Source: an uncultured Planctomycetota bacterium
Lineage (GTDB): Bacteria > Planctomycetota > Phycisphaerae > UBA1845 > JANYLN01
DNA: 64,000 nt
NCBI GenBank assembly: GCA_963787325.1
Contig: CAWBCK010000005.1
Location: 1,520,333-1,584,332, forward strand
Direction: 5' to 3'
Shown here: one piece after another, positions 12,464 through 22,335 of the stretch
How positions within the stretch are numbered: the first letter of the stretch is position 1
Layout of the letters: every line of letters starts with the position of its first letter
Position numbers and translations under genes: made by a program
The notes under the pieces: model-generated
What the model was told of the DNA's origin: nothing
The model's input: only the letters and a program-made list of their open reading frames with translations
Databases searched by the model: none

Positions 12464-13431
12464 GTTCGATCCTTTCTTGCTCGTCTTTACAGGTTGGACA
12501 AAGACCATCTTCCAAACACGACACGCAACAGTCGTCATGACAATCGCTGCACTGCTCCATGCAGCCCTGGCAATAGTGGTCGTGGCAGTGTGGGCATTCA
12601 ACGAGGCAGTCTCGACAGACGCTCTGATCACACTTGCGGCAGTAGCTGATGCACTGCTCGCAGAAGTCGTGGTTGCAGGATTCACAGTAGTAGGTGTCGC
12701 CGTCGCCAAGGATGTAGCCGCAGTCCTCACAAGGAGTGCCGGACCAGTTATCGAGGGACACGTACGGGCTGTGGGGGTTGTAGGTCTGCAGTACCGAACG
12801 GACCAGCAGGAAGAAGTCGCAGATACGGCCTTCCTGCAATCGCCATTCGGATTGGCGCCGCGGCGTCGCCTTCGCACAGCCGGCCGTGGCTGATATGTGG
12901 ATGCGTGACCTCGTTGTCGGATGCGGCCGGATTGGGCTCCAGGGCCTCAATCGTGTAGACCTCGGCACTACCCGGACAAGCCAGAGAAGGCAGGCGCAAT
13001 TGGATCTCGAACGGTCCTAATCCAATGTTCTGCAGCTCGATCGGTTCGGTGGTGACGCTCAGCAACTGGCATTTACGGTCATACTGGTAGCCGTCAAACT
13101 CATCACGCAACTGCTGGAGATCACTAACCAGGTCACGCAGGCTGGGTAATGCAGGTTGCCGCTGCTTCTGGATGCGTTGCACGTGCTCGATCTCGTAGGC
13201 AATGTCCGGCAGTTGTTGCATCGCGGTTACCTGCAGACGTGAAATCGGCGATTGCTTGTGATGGATCTGGCACAAAGTAAGTTTTCGGCATACCTGCAGC
13301 AGTTGACGCATCCGCTCCGCCAGACAGTTCAGGTGATCCGGCCAGCCAAGGATCTGTCTTTGATGCATGGCCACAAGCTGATCATGAATGACGCCTGCCA
13401 GATGTATCTTGTCACGGTCGTTGCGGTTCAC
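12411..13431 (-). CDS. Prokaryotic E2-like protein with C-terminal poly-CxxC zinc-binding tail (frameshift near 12835)
   Basis: GTG start with [22 protein letters not shown] resembles the E2 HPN...G.ICL active-site motif. Followed by 10 CxxC pairs. Confidence 0.7.
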
Positions 13432-13523
13432 TGTTTGATCTCCTTGTAGGTGTAGACAAAGAAGGCACCCACCCGACCTCAGATGGCCAGGCAGGTGCCT
13501 CAAGATGGACGGCTGAATTCCTG

Positions 13524-13751
13524 CTAGACGCGGGCTCCTTCAATTTTCGTTGCCGTGATCGTGATCCGGTCATTCGGCTGCAGGACATAATCGCGGGCCA
13601 CAGGTTGGCGATTGACGCGGATCAGGTAGTCCTCTGCCTGGCAATCCGGCATGTGCTCGGCAAAGAACTTCTCAACGGTCGTGTTCTCGGCGATTTCCAC
13701 GAAGTCCGCAAAACCGCCTCCGTGATTGTTCAGGAACAATACCTTCATCAT
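13524..13751 (-). CDS. Ubiquitin-like beta-grasp protein (ThiS/MoaD-like), 75 aa
   Basis: AAGGAG RBS; ENTTVEKFF...YLIRVNRQPVARDYVLQPNDRITITATKIEGARV. Confidence 0.8.
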   Translation of the reverse strand: MMKVLFLNNHGGGFADFVEIAENTTVEKFFAEHMPDCQAEDYLIRVNRQPVARDYVLQPNDRITITATKIEGARV

Positions 13752-13935
13752 GGTCTCCTTTTTGTTCTTGACCTGTTTTACTGGTTGAGACTGTCTGTCG
13801 ATCATGAGTCGTCTGGGCGAAGATGCGCAGGCGGTCCTCGGGCAAGGTATTGAGCTTGCATGGCAAAGTCCTCTGGATTGTGTCAATCGATTGAACGGTC
13901 GGCGTGAACTGGGGGGTCTATGACGACGGGGAGCG

Positions 13936-14724
13936 TTACTTCGCGGCATTCTGTCTTTCGAACAACACCGGCGCAATCTGCTCCAGCGGCGTCGGCTTCC
14001 AGTGCAGGTCTCGCTCGATCGGCAGGCCCAGGGGCCCCCGAACGGCCAGTAGCTCGGTCAGGCTGAAATAGCCGAGTTCTCTGTAATGGCCATCGACCAG
14101 CCCGAAAAGGGTGTCGTCGCCATCGAACTCGGTCGCCAGCCAGGTCCACGACGAATCCGGCGTAAAGTACTTGACGTAGGCGATCGCCTTGCCACCTTTG
14201 CTCTCCTGGGCATAGAGCCGCGGCAACTGCTTTCGCACCTCCTCGGGCATCAGCTGGTGACCTGGATGACTTGTCCTGGGCTGATCCCGCCTGGTACCGA
14301 CAGTCGTGACCTGCTGTTGCGGAATCGCGTTAGCCGGCACCGTGGGTTGGGCTTCTGGGCTCGGTTCGGCCTCTGGAGATGACGTGGGCGAGCTGATCAG
14401 TTGGACCTCATGGCCTCGTAAATCCAACACTACGCGACCGTTCTCAGTGCTCTGCCATTCGACACAGTCAGTGTTCATACCGCTGACCGTACCTGTTTGA
14501 TGTGCAGCAAAGGCGACCATGTATATGTCGGCACTCTGATCATCAACAGGACAAAAGCCTCTGAGATGCAGTTTGGACCCACGGATATCCGGATCAAAGT
14601 CGCCGGTCAGGTCCAGCGATACTTTCTGCTGTATGCCGGCAAGTTGCAGCCATCCTGAGACCTTGCCGGGCTGCGTATTGTCGAGTTCACCTTCAATCAA
14701 ATGCCTCGATACAGTCCAAGCCAT
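13936..14724 (-). CDS. DUF2958-containing protein with an N-terminal IEGELDNT domain; alternative in-frame start at 14904
   Basis: VKYFTPDSSWTWLATEFDG...LFGLVD...ELGYFSLTEL...GLPIERDLHW. AAAGGAG RBS before ATG 14724. Confidence 0.75.
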   Translation of the reverse strand: MAWTVSRHLIEGELDNTQPGKVSGWLQLAGIQQKVSLDLTGDFDPDIRGSKLHLRGFCPVDDQSADIYMVAFAAHQTGTVSGMNTDCVEWQSTENGRVVLDLRGHEVQLISSPTSSPEAEPSPEAQPTVPANAIPQQQVTTVGTRRDQPRTSHPGHQLMPEEVRKQLPRLYAQESKGGKAIAYVKYFTPDSSWTWLATEFDGDDTLFGLVDGHYRELGYFSLTELLAVRGPLGLPIERDLHWKPTPLEQIAPVLFERQNAAK

Positions 14725-15454
14725 GTCATGTGACTCCTTTCTGGGTTGGCCGCCTGATTTGGCAGATGACTGGCGATCCTTGGGCGGCACTTTAGGACCG
14801 GCAGCAGTAGGTTCAATCTGGGCTGCATGATGCTGATCACAACGCACAATCAGCACCAGCATTACCAGCAGCACGAACACACCAATCGCTATCTTGGCAT
14901 CCATAGGCTCTCCTTGTGTTTGCGTTATTGGGTATCGCCGTGGGGCATGTTAGTTACTTTGGGCGACAGACGATATTCGCAGGCCCTACAGATAATTATT
15001 ACAGATAGGAGGCGGGAATTAATGTAGTTGGTGCCCTGGCTCTATCGGGATAGTACTGGACTAATCGATAGGCTGAAGATGAATGAACTACCATGGCTAC
15101 GTCGACATTACCTGACAAACCACCCATCGTCACAAAGAGGTAGTTCTGCTTGGCATAGGCTCTACTGTTCGGTATCAGAAATGGCAGGAGTGTCAGGTGT
15201 CTCCGATAAACACCGGCTAGCCGTGCAATCGCGCCAGAGGCCGTGTTGCACCCGTCTAAACAAGCGATCTACAGGGCACCCTTTACCAAGAGAGTCGGTT
15301 ATGACATCAGATGACGTACAGCAGATCTACCCTTGGTACGATACCGATCGGTGGCTGCGCGAGCGACACTCTGGCAGCTAAGATCAGGAACGACCCCTCT
15401 TGGCCCTGTGAAAGTACCGGCCGCATGTGCATCCTGTAAGTACCCAGTTCTCGC

Positions 15455-18308
15455 TCAGTTCAGCGACCGGCTCCAGTGTGCCGCCAGGACCTGTAGGTCG
15501 GCTACGTTAATACAACCGTCGTCATTCAGATCGGCGTACTGATTCCAATTCGGCCACCCACCAACGCTGTCACTACCCCATGCTGCAATAACGGCTTGCA
15601 GATCACCTACATTGACGTAACCGTCGCCGTTGATATCGCCTATGGGGGCACATCGGACAATCACAGAGGCGTTGGTGGAGGAGTAATTCCCGGCGTTGTC
15701 CGCGCTACGAGCTTCGATTGTGTTGCTGCCGGGGGTCAATGCCACCTGGCAGGCCCAGCTACTCCAATCGTTCGTGCTGCTGGCGCTCTGCCAGGGACCG
15801 CCGTTTACCCGGACTTCTACCAGGGCCACCCCGCTGTTGCCGGCCCCCGGATCGGAAGCGCTCCCGCTTACGGTGATGGGTGAGGCGCTGATTGCCTGAC
15901 CATTGACCGGGGTGGTGATGGATACGGTTGGCGGTGACGTATCGGGGAGAGCGTATTTTGCGCTTATCGTGGCAATCGCCGACCAATTCCCGCCCCAGTC
16001 GAAGCCCTTAGCATTGATCGTATTGGTACCGGTCGATAGCTCCACTGGACAGCTCCAGCTGTCTGTACCGGTCGCGAGCTGCCACGGACCGTTGTTCACC
16101 TGGACGTACACCTTCAATATTCCGTAGGCTGGGACTACCTGGATCAGCAGCAGTGCCAAACACCGTAATGGACGGGCTCACAAACTCCTGCCCGCCGGCC
16201 GGATACGTAATTGATACGGTCGGAGGCACTGTGTCAGGCGCTGGCGTCTGAAAATATCTGAAGGAGGAAGGATCACCCATCACATCATCAGAATTGCGGG
16301 TTGTTACCCACCAGCAAAACGCATGCTCGTTCGGGAGCCAGTTCGGGTACCAGCCAGCGACAATATCGCAGCTTGTCGTCCCAGTTATTGGCCCCGCACT
16401 GGTGAAGGACCCGTCAGTCATATCTCGTATGAATAGGGTGTAGCTCGCCGCTCCAGGCACTGGTGTCCATGAGAACAGGGGGTTTCTATTCGGGATTACC
16501 GGCCCCGGCCCGGATGTCGCACCTGGGGAAGCGGGAGCAGGTGGCGGCAATACTGCGGAATTGTCTACTGTGAATGAGTTGGTATCTGTCGGCGATCCGG
16601 AGCCCCCCACGTCCGTAGGGGTGATTCGAATCCGTACGTTGGCGTTATTCACATAGCCCAAATCGGCTATGCTATCCCAAAGGTAGTACGTATTGTAAGC
16701 GAGGTTGGAACTCAATCCTGATGTGCCGCAGCTGCCCATAAAGTACTCTGTCGCTGCATGCCATGTAGCGCCACCGTTGCCGCTGTACTGTACTTGGATA
16801 CTACACACATCTGATTCGTGGTCGTATAGTTGAAACCCAACATATACCCCTCCGTTCTGCCCCTGCGGTGTGACCACAGACACTTGCGGCTCATAGTTAT
16901 TGTTTGCCTTGACCGTGAAGTAATACGTCGTCGATATCTGGCTTGAGATGCTATTGGTGAATGCATACATGTTCCACCAGTAGGAGTGACCAAGGGTGAG
17001 GTTGTAGAGGGTGTAGTTCGTGGTTGGTCCACTAGAGATCGTGTAAGTCGTTATCCCCGTGCCCGCTGTCACGTCTTTAACCTGGAGCAGGTAGCTAGTG
17101 GCATTGGTCACCTGATACCACAAAAGACTCTGGGTGGTTCCCATTATTGTCGGGCCGGGACTGCTGCTCCCCCCCGGGGCAATCAGGACTGGAGCCGATG
17201 GGGCCGGCGATTGGATCGTAAAATAATACGTCGCTGAAAGCGGGCTTGAAACACCACCGTTGAAAGCATACATGTTCCACCAGTAGGCGTGGCCAGCTTT
17301 TAGGGTAAGCGAGTCGACTCGTTGTCGATCCACTGGGGATCGTGTAGGTCGTTATCCCCGTAGCGGCCGTTATGTCCTTCACTTGCAGCAGGTAGCTGGT
17401 GGCATTCGTCACCTGATACCATTGGAACGTCTGACTGATACTGCCGATCGTTGGTCCGGGGCTCGTGCTGTTGCCTGGCGCGATCAGAACCGGAGCTGAA
17501 ACCCCCGTTGCGGTACGCGACAGGAAATCTTCGGCCGACCAACCGCTCCCGATGCCCCCGTCCCAGCTAATGTACCACCAGACGTAGGCGTACGTTCCAG
17601 TACCGACGGTGGCAACAACAGGCCCATTTAAGACTGTGCCTGCGGCGCCCACATTCACTGTGGGGGCAGTGGATCCGCCCCCTCCCGGAGTTGGACGGAC
17701 ACGTACGCCATCGTACAAGCATGTAACCCGATCGTTTGCTCCTCGGATGACGGTAGAGTCAATTCCCTGCGCCGCAGCGCGAGCCGTAGTCAACCAGCTT
17801 GTGAAGGCGCCATTATTGAAGGTGGACCACGGAATCCAGTTGCCCGGGGGCAAACCGTACGGATCGGCCGCAATGAAAACGTCGTGGGCAGCCGAGGCAT
17901 TGTAAGATGCACTGCTGAGGAGTTGCTGGACACTGTACGAAGGGTGCGCGTATACGTTTATCTGCCACAGACCGCATGAGTGCTCGTTCGCATTCCAAAC
18001 CTCTGCATCCAAGCGGAACGAGGACTCGGCACCGGCGACCGCTACCGCGTTGACGAGGGCACCCCCGCTAAATCCCGCGTCGTGTGCCGCCTGGCCTACC
18101 TGGCCCGCAGTCAGATATGTTGCCGTCAACGGCCCCGAAATCGCGTCACTCTCTTGGACAGGCAACACGCTGCTGGTAGCGTCCGCCAGGTCTGCATTGG
18201 CTAGACCCAGAGGCGCCCTCCTCGCGCAATGCCCGCACTTAGCGCTAACCCCGTGAGAACCGCCAACAGATAATGAGCCCGACAGGTTCGATAGGCCAAT
18301 GCACACAT
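15455..18308 (-). CDS. Large secreted protein: lysozyme/SLT-like domain, SH3-like domain, repeated Ig/FN3-like modules, dockerin-like tail (frameshifts near 18220, 17315, 16125)
   Basis: GAGGAG RBS and signal peptide MCALAYRTCRAHYLLAVLTGLALSAG; AVAVAGAESS...GLWQIN...WIPWSTF; GVRVRPTPG...WWYI...GWSAEDFL; GDINGDGYVNVGDLQ tail. Confidence 0.75.
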
Positions 18309-18839
18309 TGGATTGATCTCCTCACCCTTGATCCGACTTCGTTCGACTGTGCTGGTGACACATGCATGGGCATTGTACAGCGTGCCGTCCGGTTGCGCCC
18401 ATCCCCATTGACGAGCTTTCTGGAGTATATATTGCTAGCGACAGGCTGAGCATAACATTCTGCTCTTAATGCCCGGTTACTTGATGCACGCGCCGAAAAC
18501 TCCTATCTCATGATGTGGCAGCCACTTCCACGTAGAGCATTTGCTGCGCTTTTGCGGGTGGAGCCACTGCTTACGCTCGTCGGTAACCATTCCTGTCATC
18601 GGTCTGAAAAACGCGTGTCAGACGTATCAGCGTGTCAGACGACTTTGACATCTACATCTAAGTACCTAAGGTATAGAGCATAGGTAAAGGTGCGAATCAA
18701 CGCACTGATACCGGCGAGTAGGATGCCCGCACCGGGCTCTTGCCTTGGAACAGACGCAGAGACGTTGGTTAGGGTACGGTATCTGTGTTACCGAAAGGAT
18801 AGCAGCGGCTTATTCCGACAAGGACGCAACTGCCCTCTT

Positions 18840-19010
18840 TCATCTCATTGATGAATTGGCGGCATTGGAATAGTCGATAGGCTCATTGAACAGCTCGGTT
18901 CTGGTATAAGGACCGAAATCAGCAAGAGGAACAGCAACCAGTTCAGCAACGGCCGGCGAAGCAAGGAGCAGACCCGATACCACAGCAATAATAAGTACCA
19001 GTGTTTTCAT
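18840..19010 (-). CDS. Short secreted peptide or truncated gene remnant
   Basis: Clear signal peptide MKTLVLIIAVVSGLLLASPAVA, but only 56 aa long. Confidence 0.35.
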   Translation of the reverse strand: MKTLVLIIAVVSGLLLASPAVAELVAVPLADFGPYTRTELFNEPIDYSNAANSSMR

Positions 19011-19134
19011 CGCTGCCGTCCTTTTCAACAGGCACGTGACAGATGCTATCGTAATCCGAATCGGGCGTGGGCTCAAGGCCATTATCGGGGAACAGCCAAG
19101 GCTAAGCGGTCACATATATCTAAGTCCTTATTAC

Positions 19135-19172
19135 TGTGAACGATAGCGTCCACTAAGCTGAACTACGCCCGT
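19135..19172 (-). pseudogene. Degenerate tRNA-like 5' half (Val, CAC-like)
   Basis: Minus strand reads ACGGGCG-TA-GTTC-AGCTTAGT-GGAC-GCTATCG-TT-CAC-A. The D-stem pairs; no 3' half follows. Confidence 0.35.
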
Positions 19173-19177
19173 ATTAC

Positions 19178-19254
19178 CTGACAAATCTGCCATTGAGCAG
19201 CCGTCTTGGTACAGGCCTTGTGGCTTGGACCACAGAAATGTCAGGAATGTCATG
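19178..19254. repeat. CTGACA/TGTCAG 9-bp-period repeat cluster
   Basis: CTGACAAATCTG and CAGAAATGTCAGG, both identical to sequences within 23724-23776. Confidence 0.6.
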
Positions 19255-19901
19255 TTGTTCTAACAGTAACAGCTTGTAGAAGTATCGGTGACAAGTCCAA
19301 TGACTCTGGCCTGCTTCTGTCAAACGCGGCGCCGTCTAACGATCAGTACGCCGCCTAGGGCCAGTAGCGAGAGCGTTGCGGGTTCCGGGACATAGATGAA
19401 GCTGGCGGATCCAGTCAGGGACTCAGGAAAGCCAGTGACGCCGAATGAGGCGAGCGCCCGTCAATGCGTCCTTGCTGCAATAATTTGTGCCGTTATTATG
19501 CAGAGTTAAGTCCTCCGCTTTGACCGCCGAGCAGAGCCATAGCCTGACGCATCATAGCCGGCAAGTCGGAACAGATGACCACCTGCCAAAGGTTGTGATG
19601 CATGGTCCAACGATCAATGACGCAGGTAAGCGCCACCAAGGGAGGGTTCGACGCTATCAACATTATGATAGTAAAGGGCTTCGATATCGACCGAGGAGCA
19701 GTTGTGTTGCCTCGGACAATGAGTTGCGTATGCATGGAAAGAAGGGCCAATGACAGTCGGTAAGCGAGTCCTGCGAAGATGCTGCCACTATGGCGATAGC
19801 TGTGTGGCACGTGCGCTACTGACAGTCTTTCTAGCCACTCCGCTGTATGGGCACATTGTTTACGGTCCTGCCACACGACCCGTTGTCAAGCCGGCTGCTA
19901 G

Positions 19902-21501
19902 GAGACCGTCTGAGTATACACCCAAACCCCCATCTCTTTTCGGTTTGGGGGGGTACTCGGCGGTCTTACTTGTAGCTATTGCGCCCGGACATGCGGCCGC
20001 CGAAGCAAAAACTCTCGTTTCAGGCCGGTGCGGCCCCACCTGACGCGATTGCCGGTCGCCGTTTCACCCGGCTGACCATAGTTTCCTCAGATTGCAGGCC
20101 ATACAGACCAGACGCCACTCGCTACGCATCCGCTCCATGCCGTTCAACAAAAACTGCCGGAAGCCCAACCCTCGCTTGATCCAGCCGAAGATCGGCTCGA
20201 CGATCCATTTCCGCTGGGCATACGTTTCCCGCCCGCGCTTCGTTCGCAACTTGCGGGCCATCCGCTCCTTCGTCGTCAGCCCCGCCGGCGGCCGACCTCG
20301 CGGACTGGCTGGCATCCTTTCGCCATGCTTGAGCCGGCCCGTGGCGATGTACGCATCCAGAAGGTTCCGCTCGGCCCACTGCACGTTCTGCTCACTGAAG
20401 TAGCCGCTGTCCGAAGATATCTTCCCAATCCGATGCCCTCGCCCCACATTCGTGCGAGCCTGTTGGGCCATCGGCTGGAACTGTTGCTTGTCGTTCGCCT
20501 CGTTCGTCACATCCGCCGCCACGATGATCTGGTGTTGGCGATCCACCACCGCCTGCGCGTTGCCGCACTGGTCGAACCCCTTGTTGCTGACCTTCATGAT
20601 TTTCGTCGTCGGATCCGTGAAGCTGTACTGGGCCTTCGCGGGCGGTACTGCCTGGGCCGGCCCGATCCGACGGCCACCCTTGGGCTTGTCGCCTGGCTTG
20701 TCAGGCTCTTCTTCCTGACGCTTGCATTCCTCTTCGGCGGCAGCCTTGGCCTGTGCTTCCAGCGCCTTCGCGCCTCCCGGATCTTCGCCAGGCGGCTCTG
20801 CCGCCGGGCCAGGGCCTCCGGCAGTTCGTCCCCGCGACGATCCACCCCGTAGGCCCGATCTTCCGCCTCATCCGCAGATTTGGCCTGCGACAGCAACTGA
20901 CGGATCTCCTTGCGCAGCCGAGCCTCTTCCTCTTTCATCCTTCCGTAACTCATCGCCTTGTGTCGCGAGGCATTCGCCCGGATCTTCGTGCCATCCAATG
21001 CCACGTGCCCCAGCTTCACCAGCCCCGCCTGCTGGCACAGTCGCAGCACCTGTACGAACAGCCCTTCCAGTTCTGTCAGGTGCTGCTTGCGAAAGTCGCT
21101 GATCGTCCGGAAGTCCGGCACATCCTCCTGCACGATCACCCGCCAGGCCGCATCTCGCTGACACCGCTGCATGATTCGTCGCGAACTGAATACGCCCTGC
21201 GTGTAACTGTACAGCAGCAGCGTGGTCATCATCCGCGGGTGGTACGGCGGATAGCCGCGCTGCTCTCGCTCGTACTTGCCGAAAATGGCTGACAGATCCA
21301 GTTCCTTGACCACGTCCAGCACGAAAAAGACAAGGTCGTTTTCCGGCAGCCACTCTCGCGGCGATGGCGGCAATAGCCAACTTTGATCCGGATTCCAGGG
21401 GCGGTAGGTCTTACTCATCCTTAAGCCTCGATCTGAAAGGATCTCTCCTTACCTGAACCGCCCATTATAACATATCTGTCAACTGTTACTCGGACAGTCT
21501 C
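19902..21501 (-). mobile_element. IS1182-family insertion sequence, 1600 bp
   Basis: Terminal IRs GAGACCGTCTGAGTA and GAGACTGTCCGAGTA (reverse complement). CTAG duplicated at 19898-19901 and 21502-21505. Confidence 0.9.
20064..21418 (-). CDS. IS1182-family DDE transposase (frameshift near 20765)
   Basis: DUF772-like PYHPRMM...GVFSSRRI...PDFRTISDFRK; ALDGTKIRANAS; DSGYFS; RKWIVEPIFGWIK. Confidence 0.9.
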
Positions 21502-22335
21502 CTAGTGATGGCGGCATCAGCGTCTACTTCTCCCCCCGCGGCGGGTGCACAGAGGCCGTTGTAGCGGAACTCGCTAAAGCCAAAAAGACAGTGCATGTGC
21601 AGGCCTATTCATTCACTTCGGTTCCGATTGCCAAAGCCATTTTAAATGCCTACAAACGCGGCGTGAAGGTAATTGCCGTTCTCGACAAAAGCCAGCGAAC
21701 GACCAAATACAACGGCGCAACCTTTCTTTATAATGCAGGCATACCTGTACTAATCGATCAGAAGCATGCAATCGCGCACAACAAGATTATCGTCATCGAC
21801 GGCGAGACTGTTATCACCGGATCCTTCAACTTCACAAGAGTCTGCAGAGGAATCCAATGCCGAGAATCTGCTAATCATCAAACACCATCCTGCACTAGCT
21901 GCCGCTTTTGAGCATAACTTTCAGCTGCACTGGCGTCATTCGACTAGTTACGTAGGCTTGCATGTCGAAGATCCACGGCATTACGCCAAAAAGCAGATCG
22001 CGCTCAATGAGAAACCAGATGTAACCGTATTCGTCACAGAGTCTGGCAGCAAATACCACCGCCTTGGCTGTCCCTACCTTGCCAAAAGCAACATCCCCAT
22101 CAAACTGTCGGATGCGAAGGCCAAGGGGTACACGGCCAGCGCGAAGAAGACCCAGCAACGGCGGAAGAAGACAGGTCCACATAACGAGGGGAAGAAGACC
22201 CAGCCGAAGAAGACTACATTTTCAAACCGGCGGGATTACTGCACTTTCAGAACGGCGATGACAACTTCTGTCAACTCCATTTTCGGCTTGACGTACTGCA
22301 CTGTCTGCGCGGGGCGGACCCGCTCGCCTGCCGGA

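Noticed and set aside
10649-13751. ThiF plus ThiS/MoaD read as thiamine or molybdopterin biosynthesis
   Set aside because: No thiG, moaE or moaA nearby, the Ubl lacks a terminal GG, and E2-like and JAB genes lie between the two.
1720-15640. Repeated dockerin-coding segments as DGR template/variable repeats
   Set aside because: No reverse transcriptase in the window, all three copies are coding C-termini, and the differences are not adenine-specific.
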